IMG/VR virus record: IMGVR_UViG_3300042867_001113
Origin: a virus
Length of the DNA stretch: 64,000 nt
Direction: 5' to 3' (one strand)
In this document: positions 34,531 through 44,016 of the stretch, piece by piece
How the letters are laid out: every line of letters begins with the position of its first letter
How positions within the stretch are numbered: the first letter of the stretch is position 1
The notes under the pieces: generated by a model
Seen by the model: the letters and a program-made list of their open reading frames with translations, nothing else
The model's database searches: none
Told to the model about the DNA's origin: nothing
Position numbers and translations under genes: made by a program

Positions 34531-35138
34531 TCGGCAGCGACCGCAGCCGGGGTGTCCGCCGCGATGATGCCGTCGCGCTTCAGTCCTTCGAGGATGTAGA
34601 GCGCCGCCTGTGCCGAGAGGCTCCGCAGGTTCCCCGTCGCTGCCTTCGCGAGCGCGGCCTTGAGCGGTACCTTCATCGACACCACCGCCGTCGTGCTGTT
34701 CGGCCCGCGCGAGGGTTGACCGGCCACCTCCTTGAGAGGCTTCAGCACCTTTGGAGGCTTCACCTTGGGAGGCTTCGGCTCCTTCGGCTTTCCGTGGTTC
34801 GGGTTCTTCGGAATCCACAAGCCGCTCTCAGGGTCGAGGTGGGGCGTGATCTCGACAGCAGGGCTCTTCGTGACGGCAGGGAGCGTAGCGATCTCCACGT
34901 TCGCGGCAGGCTCCGGCTTCTTGTCCTCCTTGAGTGCCTTCACTGCCTTCTTCTTCGGGCTGGCCACAGGGTCCGTCGTCAGGTTGTCCTTGACTACAAG
35001 CGTAGCCTTGGCGGCGACGTCTGCCTTCACGGTCGCGATGGCGTTGTTGATGGCGTCGTCGAGAGCGTCTGGAGCGTTCGAGGCTTCCGGGGTCGTCGTC
35101 GGAGGCGTGAATTCAGGGCTGCGGGTGTGCTTTGGCAT
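34527..35138 (-). CDS. Lys/Pro-rich protein with C-terminal ribbon-helix-helix-like domain
   Basis: VVSM..PLKAAL..AA....RSLSAQ....I..GL Arc-like pattern; AAGGAG RBS. Confidence 0.65.
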   Translation of the reverse strand: MPKHTRSPEFTPPTTTPEASNAPDALDDAINNAIATVKADVAAKATLVVKDNLTTDPVASPKKKAVKALKEDKKPEPAANVEIATLPAVTKSPAVEITPHLDPESGLWIPKNPNHGKPKEPKPPKVKPPKVLKPLKEVAGQPSRGPNSTTAVVSMKVPLKAALAKAATGNLRSLSAQAALYILEGLKRDGIIAADTPAAVAAE

Positions 35139-35177
35139 GTTGGTCTCCTTCCGAGGAAGTAACTGCACTTTTGCAGT

Positions 35178-35660
35178 TCAAACGAACGAGATCTGATGGT
35201 CGATGTTCGTCAACTTTCGCCAGATCTCTGCCTGTGTCTGCTGGAACCACTCTGGGTTGATGGGGCCGAACACGCGGGTCTGGCAGATCCCGACGCGGAC
35301 CTCAGTGGGAGTGTATTCGCGGTGAGCGAGCACAACAGGGTTGCGATCGGGCGAGAGCGTGATGTCGCGGGTGACGCCATGCTCGTCCTTCAGCCAAGCG
35401 TGCTCGATGGGGAACGGGACGTGGTGCGTCGAGACAAACCCCTCGCAGTAGGTGAGGGGGACATCCTTCTGCTGAAGGACAAGTCGGATGCAGTTCTCGA
35501 AGCACGCCTTCATCTTCGGGCGCATGTGCGCCTCTCGGATGGCGAGACGAATGTGCGGCGGGTGGTGCGCGTAGGGGACCGGAGCCCAGCCGTTCCGCAT
35601 GTACTGCCGGATGCGGCGGTCTGTTTCGTCTTCGTCGGTGTGCAGCGGCTTCTTGGGCAT
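35178..35660 (-). CDS. conserved phage protein, papain/transglutaminase-like
   Basis: CFENC...YCEG...IEHAW...DIT. Confidence 0.65.
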   Translation of the reverse strand: MPKKPLHTDEDETDRRIRQYMRNGWAPVPYAHHPPHIRLAIREAHMRPKMKACFENCIRLVLQQKDVPLTYCEGFVSTHHVPFPIEHAWLKDEHGVTRDITLSPDRNPVVLAHREYTPTEVRVGICQTRVFGPINPEWFQQTQAEIWRKLTNIDHQISFV

Positions 35661-35818
35661 GCCTCTGACAGTAACTCCGGATGAACGATCTGCTCGTTCT
35701 CAGCGCCCAAACACCGACGCGGTGAACTTCTGGAGCAGCCATTGTCCTGCGACCACTGTGAAGGCGAGCCCGACCCAAGCCCCCAACAAGATTGCGGCCC
35801 GTAGAACCTTCAGCCGGG

Positions 35819-36199
35819 TCACAGCGGCCCCCGCGAGTAGTCGCTGGCCGACGGGATGGCCGTGAGGATTCCGGGGATGAAGTCGGACCGCTTGGCCCGG
35901 GAAACTACGATCTCCGGCATCTTGAAAGCCGCGTAGTAGTCATCCTTGCCCAGCCCGACGATGAAGGAGAGCAGATCCACCCGGTCTTCCCCGTCGAGAG
36001 GGAACACGACGTTGTGCTCCATCTCCCATTCGTTCACGACACGGTCCAGCTCCTGCATCTTGCGACGGAAGGTCCACCAGAGCCCTTCGGCTTGGAGTGG
36101 TTTCAGTATTACAAGTAGGGACGCTCTGACCGCAGCCCAATCAGGCGGAGTGGTCCACTTGATCCATGAAACGATCGACCAGAACTCGGCATCAGACAT
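35819..36199 (-). CDS. DUF4240-like protein
   Basis: MSDAEFWSIV...SFIVGLGKDDYY. Confidence 0.6.
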   Translation of the reverse strand: MSDAEFWSIVSWIKWTTPPDWAAVRASLLVILKPLQAEGLWWTFRRKMQELDRVVNEWEMEHNVVFPLDGEDRVDLLSFIVGLGKDDYYAAFKMPEIVVSRAKRSDFIPGILTAIPSASDYSRGPL

Positions 36200-36346
36200 G
36201 GAACGCCTCGTAGGTAGGTGTATGTCCGTCCGTCATTCCGGCGTGAGTCGTCCCGCCGATAGTACCCCGGCTTTCCAGAGAGCGCATCTGACGCCTCTGA
36301 CGCATCTGACGACTTCAAAATAATACTAGATGACCCAGTAAAGCTG

Positions 36347-36808
36347 TCACCGAGAGCGGAAGCGCAACAGGGTCAGCGACGTCGGATCATCCACGAAGGG
36401 ATCGACCTTCGCTCGCCGAACCATCTTGAGCTTCCCGGGGCCTTCGACATTGGCCTGCAGCAGCGAGAGAATCTCAGCCTCGGCTTGTCGCTCGACGCCT
36501 GCCCACTCTTCAGCGGATGCCTTGCCGTCGTAGGTCACGACGAGAGGCACGACGTAGTCCACGGCATCCTTGCGGCGATGCACCAAGGGGCGCTTCGTCT
36601 TGGCGATGGACAGGGTGGCACCGCGAGGAGTCGAGAAGCCTCGGCCTCGCAGCGAGCGCAGCGCGGTCGAAGCTCTGGCGGCGAACGCCTGCTCCGGCGA
36701 CCCGTCGTCAGCCTTGCTGAAAACTGGCTCCGCCGGGGCCCCCTCAGCCTCTTCGGCCATGGGAACTCCGAACAGATCGGCGACGTCGGAGAGGGGACCG
36801 CGCATCAT
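36347..36808 (-). CDS. hypothetical (possible virion) protein
   Basis: ATGA overlap with the upstream gene. Confidence 0.7.
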   Translation of the reverse strand: MMRGPLSDVADLFGVPMAEEAEGAPAEPVFSKADDGSPEQAFAARASTALRSLRGRGFSTPRGATLSIAKTKRPLVHRRKDAVDYVVPLVVTYDGKASAEEWAGVERQAEAEILSLLQANVEGPGKLKMVRRAKVDPFVDDPTSLTLLRFRSR

Positions 36809-37836
36809 GGTGACCTGTAGGGATTGATCATCTTGCGGATGTACTCCCGCTCGGACTCTTTGTCGGACTCGTCCGCCAGCTCCTCAGCGTTGCTGCGGAA
36901 GATCCGCCAGTCCTGATCGTCTTTGAAGACTTTCAGGGACGTGAAAACCTTGGGGTACTTGAGCCCTGAAGGACGGCTGGAAGCCATTGTGCTGGCTTCC
37001 AAAGCGTTTTTCGGCAACTTGTTCATCCACTCGATCGCAGCCTTTGCCAGATCGGGGGTCGCGAAGTTGAACGTCGCCAGCATGGATCCGGAGTCGTCCA
37101 GACTCCGCACGTAGACCGGAACCGCTTTGGCAATAGGGGCAGATTCGACTGCCTTGAGCCATTTCGCGCGGATCTTCGGGTAGGCGTAGTGCCCGTCGCC
37201 TTTCGGCTTGGGGTAGATGCCCTTCTTGGCCAGCAGTGCGGCTTGCTTCTCAGCTGCTGCCTTCCCGATGTCGATGTAGTGCTGCGCAGGCTTCGACACC
37301 ACAATCTTCCACCCGGCGCCCGTCTTCCCCTTCACGGCGGTGACGGTAACCTTCGGAGGGTTGGACTCGATGGCTTTGTTCATCGCCTCGTCGTCTGCCT
37401 GTGTGAGGGCCATGCCCCACTCGCCGTCGCCGAACATCTCCGGGCCATCGGCGTAGATTTCACCGTCGTTCGAGTCGAAGCCGAACATCGAGACACGCGA
37501 GACGCCATCAAGGCGTTTATTCGCGAGCTTCTCGATCTGCTGCTGGTTCAACTTCCCGTTGGGGTCGCGGATGAACGTCTCAGTGGAGGTTGGCTTGCGG
37601 AGCAGCAAACTCAGCGCCTCGCCGACGGCTTCGTCTGGCTGCATCTTGAGCGGGCTGTCGTTGCCCATGTCCACGAAGCCTTGCTTCAGATGGTGGTTCG
37701 AGACCTCCTGTCCGACGTACTGCCCCTTCTTCTGCTTCGCGACGATATCGGAGAGGCCCTCGACAAGACCACGATCCCATGGAGCGAAGTCGCTGTGGTC
37801 GAGGCCAGAGAATCGGCGGAAGTCATCGAGGTTCAA
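36805..37836 (-). CDS. putative internal head protein
   Basis: N-terminal DFRRFSGL...LVE-G; Lys-rich. Confidence 0.55.
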   Translation of the reverse strand: MNLDDFRRFSGLDHSDFAPWDRGLVEGLSDIVAKQKKGQYVGQEVSNHHLKQGFVDMGNDSPLKMQPDEAVGEALSLLLRKPTSTETFIRDPNGKLNQQQIEKLANKRLDGVSRVSMFGFDSNDGEIYADGPEMFGDGEWGMALTQADDEAMNKAIESNPPKVTVTAVKGKTGAGWKIVVSKPAQHYIDIGKAAAEKQAALLAKKGIYPKPKGDGHYAYPKIRAKWLKAVESAPIAKAVPVYVRSLDDSGSMLATFNFATPDLAKAAIEWMNKLPKNALEASTMASSRPSGLKYPKVFTSLKVFKDDQDWRIFRSNAEELADESDKESEREYIRKMINPYRSP

Positions 37837-37839
37837 GGG

Positions 37840-38067
37840 TCAGCTCCTGAAACGCAGTGCGGCGAGTTGCTCGTGTAATTTTGAGAGGAAGTCCGCCGCT
37901 GCGTTGAGTGCTTCCTTATCAGGGCCTTTGGCGGAATCCATGCGCTTCCAGTACCCTTCGATCTGATCGTTGACCTCCATCCGCAGCTTCTTCACGAAGT
38001 CGTTCACCTCGCGGTCGCTGAAGTCGGAAGACTCCGTGATGCGTCGCATACGCTCTTGAAGGGTCAT
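37840..38067 (-). CDS. putative internal head protein
   Basis: MTLQERMRRITE-S leader. Confidence 0.55.
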   Translation of the reverse strand: MTLQERMRRITESSDFSDREVNDFVKKLRMEVNDQIEGYWKRMDSAKGPDKEALNAAADFLSKLHEQLAALRFRS

Positions 38068-38387
38068 GCGCCGTATCGCTTGTGGTGGCTCTGGAGACGA
38101 CCAATGTCTTCGTCGTCCTTGAAGGCTTCCAAGGAATCGATGTGCTGAAAAACATGCATGACGTCGCCGTCGCCGAAGTTCTTTGGGTTGTCCACCGCTT
38201 GGAGGTAGGTTGGCCCAACCAGACCCACGATCCACTTCAGACACTGGTCTCGCAGCTTCTTGTCGTCGAAGGCGTACTCAAGGGTGTAGTCCTTGTAGCC
38301 GCCTTGGATGCCGTAAGGCACCTTCTGGTTGGACGAGAGGCCCTCGATAAGGCGGGCGAGCACAGGAAAGTTCCGAAGACGGTTCAT
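38064..38387 (-). CDS. putative internal head protein
   Basis: Short leader ending LIE-G. Confidence 0.5.
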   Translation of the reverse strand: MNRLRNFPVLARLIEGLSSNQKVPYGIQGGYKDYTLEYAFDDKKLRDQCLKWIVGLVGPTYLQAVDNPKNFGDGDVMHVFQHIDSLEAFKDDEDIGRLQSHHKRYGA

Positions 38388-38587
38388 TGCTGATCTGTAC
38401 TGGAGGGAGCAGGGATGGTCAAAGACCGAGAGTCGTTCTCAACCAACGCAGGACGAACGGGAACCTGAATCGAGTAGGTCACTTCGTTCCGATGGATCGG
38501 ACGACCCTCCTCAGGGAGCATCTCAAGGTCTGGCCACGTGTTGTTCATCAAGGCCAGCGCAAACCCCAAATCCATCCGCATCCACAT
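38384..38587 (-). CDS. hypothetical protein
   Basis: GGAG then ATG; ATGA overlap. Confidence 0.55.
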   Translation of the reverse strand: MWMRMDLGFALALMNNTWPDLEMLPEEGRPIHRNEVTYSIQVPVRPALVENDSRSLTIPAPSSTDQQ

Positions 38588-38614
38588 GATCGCTCCCGTT
38601 TTGAGGTCCGCACC

Positions 38615-39235
38615 TTACGCTGAGTCGGGGTCGGAAGTCAGCGACGCAGAAGTGAGAATCTGAGGGGGAGCCTGCAGTCCCCAAGTTGTCCATCCCGGCT
38701 CTTGTGTACGAGCGAACAACTCTACTCGGGGTCTGTCGCCGAGCAGCTCCAAGATCCGCCGGTGAACCTCCGGTGGCTTCGCCGAGTGCTTCTCTCCGGG
38801 GCGCGACGCAAGAAGCACCTGCCCCATCGCCTCCGTGAGCAGCGGCAGAGGTCGGCCCGTCTTGCAGGTGGTTCCTGCCAGCACGAATTCCGTCGTCGGC
38901 TTCACCAGCGTTGGGCGCACGCCTTGGCCGTTGATGATTTTTCCGGCCTTGTTGGTTTTGATCCAAACGAACGCCACCCCCCTGAAATGGAAATTCCAAG
39001 CCTCCATGACCTTGATTGCCTCGGGAAGCTTTGGCCCGGTCGCCCAGAGGAAGAGGACCGCGTTCTTGGCGCAGAATGACCGAACGGGGAGGGCGCAGAT
39101 CTCCTCCGTTGGCATCAGCGTGTAGTGCTTGCCCGCCGCTTGAGGCTTCAAAGGGTCGCCGAAGTAGGCCCACGGGGGGTCAGCGACGACGATCTCGTAG
39201 TCCCGGCGGGGGAGCTGCAACGGAAAACTGGTCAT
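38615..39235 (-). CDS. MT-A70-family adenine methyltransferase
   Basis: ADPPW, LFLWAT, WIKTN, HSAKP and ELFAR..GW..WG motifs. Confidence 0.93.
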   Translation of the reverse strand: MTSFPLQLPRRDYEIVVADPPWAYFGDPLKPQAAGKHYTLMPTEEICALPVRSFCAKNAVLFLWATGPKLPEAIKVMEAWNFHFRGVAFVWIKTNKAGKIINGQGVRPTLVKPTTEFVLAGTTCKTGRPLPLLTEAMGQVLLASRPGEKHSAKPPEVHRRILELLGDRPRVELFARTQEPGWTTWGLQAPPQILTSASLTSDPDSA

Positions 39236-40692
39236 CGCTTCAGGCTCTTCGCGACCAACCGCTTGAAGTCCTTGGATGCCAGTCCACCGGGTTTCCTCTC
39301 AACCTTGATCTCGTCCGTCAGGTCGAACGCCTTCCGGAGCGCCTCGCTGTCGGGGAGCGGAACGACCTCGGTGCGCTCGCGCTCCTTGGGAGCCAGCTTG
39401 ACCGGAGGCAGACCCGTCGACTCTTTCTCGGCATGTATCAGTCGCCCGGTTGAGATTTCGACGAACCGTTCTTCGCGTTCGCAGCCGACGTACCGAGCCC
39501 CTTCGTGAAGGGCAGCGACACCAGTCGTCCCAGACCCGTTGAAGGGATCGAGAACGATGGAGCCCGGTGGGGCGACGAGGCGGACCAACCAACGCATGAC
39601 GTCGACGGGCTTCACAGTCGGGTGATTGTTCCAGACGTCTTCAGCGGTCCGACCGGCTCCGGCACGAGGAGACTCCATGCCTTTGCTGCCTTTCTTGCGC
39701 TTGACCGCCTCGGCACCCGTCACACGCTCCGCGTCCTCGGGGGCCCCGGTTTCCCGCTCCGCACGAGACGCCTTCGGTGAGTAGTAAAACTGTGGGAAGA
39801 ACCTCGTGACGTCGCTCCCGGTCTGAGCCTTGAGCTGTTCCGCCATGCACTCTTGATGGCAGACGCCGTCCTCGACACACTCCGGGTGGTGGGTCATCAA
39901 GACGTTTGGGGGCCAACGTCCAGTTGCGAAGGTGCCAGCCCCCACACCTTGGTGTGTGGGGTTGTTGAACCGCTCCTCCGTCCCCACCCTGCAGCCATCG
40001 ATGTTCAGGGCTCCTGTCCCCCCAGACAGCAGGGCTTCTGCGGTGGTGCCGACCAGAGGCTTCCTTGCGAGCAAGACCGGCTCGAATGCAGGCTTGAGAG
40101 CGGATCCCCAGCCCTGCCACTGCTGTGCCTCCGGGGTGGCGGGGATGTCCCGACGTTCACCGGACCACGCCAGATTGTCCGTGTAGCCCGACGCCCCTGT
40201 TTTGAATGCAGGTCTTTCGATCGAACCGGAGACGACTCGTTCCGCTCCGAGGGCTTCGTCAACCGCCTTGCTCGCATCGAGGGATTTCGGAAAGCCCTGC
40301 GAGTACAGCCACGCCATGAGGGTTTCGCGCATCTCGAAGCCTGCGAACCGAATCGAGAAGCCCATCAGGTCCATCGTCCGCGACCCGGTGAACGCCAGCA
40401 GGTGGGCCCCGGGCTTCATCACCCGGTAGACCTCTTTCCACACTTCAGGACCGGGGACGAAGGAGTCCCACTCGGCTCCCATGAACCCAGCCTTGTCGTG
40501 CTTGTAGCTGTTCCCCATGAACCACTGACGGATGACCTTGCGGATGTCGACGTCAGCGCTGAGGCCATACGGAGGGTCGCAGACCACAGCATCGAAGTAG
40601 TTGTCGGGTACCGCCTTGAGGGTGACGAGACAATCACCGCGCAGGAGATTCCAGCGCTGACCCTCTTCCAAGGGTTCCTTCTTCTCCGTCAT
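39232..40692 (-). CDS. N4/N6 DNA methyltransferase (beta class)
   Basis: GDC, DPPY, HPTVKP and VLDPFNGSGTT motifs. Confidence 0.95.
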   Translation of the reverse strand: MTEKKEPLEEGQRWNLLRGDCLVTLKAVPDNYFDAVVCDPPYGLSADVDIRKVIRQWFMGNSYKHDKAGFMGAEWDSFVPGPEVWKEVYRVMKPGAHLLAFTGSRTMDLMGFSIRFAGFEMRETLMAWLYSQGFPKSLDASKAVDEALGAERVVSGSIERPAFKTGASGYTDNLAWSGERRDIPATPEAQQWQGWGSALKPAFEPVLLARKPLVGTTAEALLSGGTGALNIDGCRVGTEERFNNPTHQGVGAGTFATGRWPPNVLMTHHPECVEDGVCHQECMAEQLKAQTGSDVTRFFPQFYYSPKASRAERETGAPEDAERVTGAEAVKRKKGSKGMESPRAGAGRTAEDVWNNHPTVKPVDVMRWLVRLVAPPGSIVLDPFNGSGTTGVAALHEGARYVGCEREERFVEISTGRLIHAEKESTGLPPVKLAPKERERTEVVPLPDSEALRKAFDLTDEIKVERKPGGLASKDFKRLVAKSLKR

Positions 40693-40753
40693 GCAGTCTC
40701 CGGCGTCTGGTTCGAGCGAGTCGGTCCATCTCCGATAGGGAGTATGGTTTTCA

Positions 40754-41296
40754 CTACGTGATGCGTTGGCGGAACTTGGGGGACGGCTGCTCCACGCCCA
40801 TGCGCCTGTTGATGAATGGCTGAAAGTAGCCTCGGTAGCGCTGTTGAAGCTCGGGTAGGCGCCAGTCACGCCCCGTCACTCGACCTCGACACAGCGCCGT
40901 GCCGCAACCACAGATTTCAGCGTACAGGTAGTCCTCGTCGCACCACAGAGCGAAGTCGGTCGTGATTTCCTCGTCGATCTCGATGTTCCTCTTGGCGATA
41001 ACCTTGCGCTCGGAAGCCATCCAAGTGTTCGGGTCGCAGGAATGGTTCAGGAATTCGTCGACAGAGTCCGGCGCTCCCAGCGGGAGCGTCAAGCAGTAGG
41101 TCTCGTCGAAGGCTGTCGTTGCGCGGGCCTTGTGCTTTGCCTCGTCATACTTGTCGTAAGGGACGAGGACGCCACCCCAGACGAGGACTTTTTCCCCTTC
41201 TCTGATGGGCTGTGACGTGAAGAGGCCACCGCCGTTGATGCCTGATTCCTTGGAGTACAGGGAAGGGTGGCTCCACGCCGGAAAGATAAACTCCAC
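40754..41296 (-). CDS. SET-domain protein-lysine methyltransferase
   Basis: GxGLF, FLNHSCDPN, EEITxD(F) and post-SET CGCG...CRG. Confidence 0.93.
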   Translation of the reverse strand: MEFIFPAWSHPSLYSKESGINGGGLFTSQPIREGEKVLVWGGVLVPYDKYDEAKHKARATTAFDETYCLTLPLGAPDSVDEFLNHSCDPNTWMASERKVIAKRNIEIDEEITTDFALWCDEDYLYAEICGCGTALCRGRVTGRDWRLPELQQRYRGYFQPFINRRMGVEQPSPKFRQRIT

Positions 41297-41312
41297 GATT
41301 GCTCCGTCTGGT

Positions 41313-41921
41313 TCAGTAGAGAGCGTCAGGTCGGGGCCGCGAGGCTCCGTGGTCCTCGGTGAGGAGGGCGGTTCCTTCTAACACGAAGGTCACATCTGTC
41401 ACGTCCCCAAAGAAAACTCGAAGCCCGAGCCGCCGGATGTCGGTGGTGAATTCTCGAAGAGATGTCTTGAGGGCGAAGGGAAGGACGATGCCTGTGGGCC
41501 GGTCGCCGTGCTGCTTCTGCCATGACGCCACCATGTCAGGGAGCATCGCCCCCACGAGCGTGGTGACAGGCGGATTGATCGTCGGCGGTGCTGGGTCTGG
41601 GTAGGGAGCAGGGAACGGCTCCGTGAGCAGTTGAGGGCCCCGGACGAGCGGGTCGAGGCCCGGGTGCATCTGGGAGGCAACTTCGACCTGTGGTGGTGGT
41701 GGTGGGGTAGGCACGACCGGCATCCGGAAGATCTGGTTGCCGCTGCCTCCGAGGATCGTCTCGATCTTCATACCGAAGGTGTTGACCAATGTTCGGACTG
41801 CGATTTGCCAGTGTGGTCCTGCAGCGTCCTTCAGTTCACGCGAAGTGACGGAAACACCGTTCGCTTCAAGGAGCACTTTGTAGACCGCGCGAAGAGTCGG
41901 GTCGTCGATCGGAATCTGCAT
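41313..41921 (-). CDS. hypothetical protein, possible N-terminal winged HTH
   Basis: Helix-turn-helix-like N-terminus followed by a Pro-rich linker. Confidence 0.6.
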   Translation of the reverse strand: MQIPIDDPTLRAVYKVLLEANGVSVTSRELKDAAGPHWQIAVRTLVNTFGMKIETILGGSGNQIFRMPVVPTPPPPPQVEVASQMHPGLDPLVRGPQLLTEPFPAPYPDPAPPTINPPVTTLVGAMLPDMVASWQKQHGDRPTGIVLPFALKTSLREFTTDIRRLGLRVFFGDVTDVTFVLEGTALLTEDHGASRPRPDALY

Positions 41922-41932
41922 CAGGGTCGCTC

Positions 41933-42442
41933 TCAGTGGATGTTGATGTCGGACATCTTCGGCAGGAAGCCTGTCAGTCCCGGGAGGTAGATAGATGACA
42001 CGGGGCGCCACGGACCGAGACGAGGACGAGGGTTGAAGCGGTCAATCTCGCTCAGCGTCACCGAAAACTGGTTCGCGGTCTCGACGTGGACCACGATCGC
42101 TTCTCGCCGCAGGTTCCTCAAAGGAGGGTGAATGCTGGACGAGAGGCGGCTCTCCACTTGAAACCAGACCTCGGCAATGATGATGACGGACGACACGGTC
42201 GACTGCGCGACCACCTCATCGACCGCCTGTCGGAAGATAGATCGAGCCTCTTCCTCTCCGTCCTCGCACGAGGAAGACGGAACCGTCAGCGTGATCAAGT
42301 CTTGGTCTGTCTCAATCAGCGCCGTCGCGTTGACGTGTTCTGACTCGAAGAAGGTCGCTTCGGCGAACCGCTGTCCGCGCGTCACTAGGTTCTGCATCCA
42401 GCCTCTCATACCAGTGATTGCGCGCTGCGTCTCGACTGGCAC
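41933..42442 (-). CDS. hypothetical protein
   Basis: AEVW..RREAIVVHVE, similar to 21422..21946. Confidence 0.7.
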   Translation of the reverse strand: MPVETQRAITGMRGWMQNLVTRGQRFAEATFFESEHVNATALIETDQDLITLTVPSSSCEDGEEEARSIFRQAVDEVVAQSTVSSVIIIAEVWFQVESRLSSSIHPPLRNLRREAIVVHVETANQFSVTLSEIDRFNPRPRLGPWRPVSSIYLPGLTGFLPKMSDINIH

Positions 42443-42751
42443 CTAGACAACGATCTTCATGATGCGGTCGACTTGCTTGTCGTCGAGGCCGATCGTGTTC
42501 CCCTCCAAGTCAGAGGAGACAATGATGGCGGTGCCGACGACCGGGCGGGGACCATATGGGGTCACGAAGTAGCGGTTGAAGGGAAGATTCTTCATCAGGC
42601 CCTCCTCGTTGACCATCGCATCGATCCCACCACCGAGGCCCAGAGCCTCGATCCAGCCGCCGACTTCAGCCTGCAGAGCATCGAGGGTGTCCTCGATTTC
42701 GACCACTTCAGGGAGAGCCCCCGGACAAACACGGACAGCGCGGATTTTCAT
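42443..42751 (-). CDS. DUF3846-like protein
   Basis: LQAEVGGWIE...NEEG..KNLPFN. Confidence 0.85.
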   Translation of the reverse strand: MKIRAVRVCPGALPEVVEIEDTLDALQAEVGGWIEALGLGGGIDAMVNEEGLMKNLPFNRYFVTPYGPRPVVGTAIIVSSDLEGNTIGLDDKQVDRIMKIVV

Positions 42752-42783
42752 GGTTTGCTCCTATGAGCAGGGTCGTAACAGAG

Positions 42784-43182
42784 TCACTGCTCTTCCTCAG
42801 CGACGAACCGGATCGCCGATGCGACGTCTTTGCATCCCCTGTACGCGAAGGAGTCGGGGCGTCCATCGACAGGTTCGTGAACAAGGATCTCGCCGTTGTC
42901 ATAGATGCTGGCGGCATACTCTCGCCCTGCATCTAAGCCCAAGCTGTAGTCCAGCACGCCTCCGCCTCCGCTGCCGTCGATGCACTCAAGATACTCGCAG
43001 CACACAGCCTCATCCCCACCGGACTCGCCCCACGTCGTCGGCTCTGGAACGGCCAGCGGTGTGTAGGCGGGGATCAGTGGCGAAAGGCATGGGTAGTCGC
43101 CCCAGCACTCGCGGACGTGGTGAACCCGGTCGGGCCACGTGACGTTGGTTGATTGGCAGTAGTACCCGTCGGGCTTGCTCAT
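42784..43182 (-). CDS. hypothetical protein
   Basis: GTTAC 9 nt upstream. Confidence 0.65.
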   Translation of the reverse strand: MSKPDGYYCQSTNVTWPDRVHHVRECWGDYPCLSPLIPAYTPLAVPEPTTWGESGGDEAVCCEYLECIDGSGGGGVLDYSLGLDAGREYAASIYDNGEILVHEPVDGRPDSFAYRGCKDVASAIRFVAEEEQ

Positions 43183-43323
43183 GGAGCATCAGTAACAGGA
43201 CTTCTGCTCTTGAAAAAACCCCTCGCACAGCGGGGGGAGCTGTACGAGGGGCGCTGCTCAATGCCGGAGGAATAAAACCGGCATCGCGCATCTGCACTGT
43301 AACACCGTCTCAGCGCTTTTCAA

Positions 43324-43989
43324 TCAAGGCGCCGTAGAGACCGAGAAGCGCACCATGTCGAGATAGGCGCTGCCCGCTTGGCCCCAAGGGCCAGCCGTCG
43401 ACAGCCCGCACCTGCTGGCTCCACCCCACGGGGCGTAAGTTGGCAGGGCGCTGGACACGAAGTACCCGTCGTCGGGCAAGCCGCCATTGATGCCGATGTT
43501 GACGTAGACCCCGCTGCCGGGGCTCGTTTCCTGAGACACGACGATCTGGTCGCCCGTTGTGCTCAGGGGAAACACGTCCATGCGAAACGACAGCCAAGTC
43601 GTCATGATGTTTCCCGTGTGGGCGAGGGACACCGACGTACCATTGTTGAGGTACAGGGCAGCCGCTTGAGGGTTCGCGTCGTAGGCGATGCCGTAACCGC
43701 TGGCAAAAGGGCCAGAAGCAGAAGTCCACTTCACGAAGAACCCGCCCGCAAAGGTGCCGACGTTGTTGGCGCGGCGGATGTATCCTTCTGCGCGGATGGC
43801 TTTTGTGATCGGGATGCCGACGAGCGCGCCTCCAGAGACAGCCGCCGACACCATCAGCGTCGCAAAGCCGTTATCCGCACCAAGCTGGCGGCAGAACGAA
43901 CCTGCGCTCCCCGGCAAGGGGCTAGACAGTGAACTGTTCAGGATGGCCAAGTTCGTGCCTGTGATCGTATCCCAATCAGCGTAAGCCAT
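43324..43989 (-). CDS. putative virion beta-sandwich (ConA-like) protein
   Basis: Paralog of 44252..45031 (TKA...Y/WxR, W...R.D..P, RCG, Y.D). Confidence 0.7.
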   Translation of the reverse strand: MAYADWDTITGTNLAILNSSLSSPLPGSAGSFCRQLGADNGFATLMVSAAVSGGALVGIPITKAIRAEGYIRRANNVGTFAGGFFVKWTSASGPFASGYGIAYDANPQAAALYLNNGTSVSLAHTGNIMTTWLSFRMDVFPLSTTGDQIVVSQETSPGSGVYVNIGINGGLPDDGYFVSSALPTYAPWGGASRCGLSTAGPWGQAGSAYLDMVRFSVSTAP

Positions 43990-44016
43990 GCGCGCTCCAA
44001 TTGCTCAAGAGAAAAG

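Noticed and set aside
36284-36310. Three 9-bp tandem units GCMTCTGAC
   Set aside because: Too short, with no spacers; not a CRISPR array and no supported function
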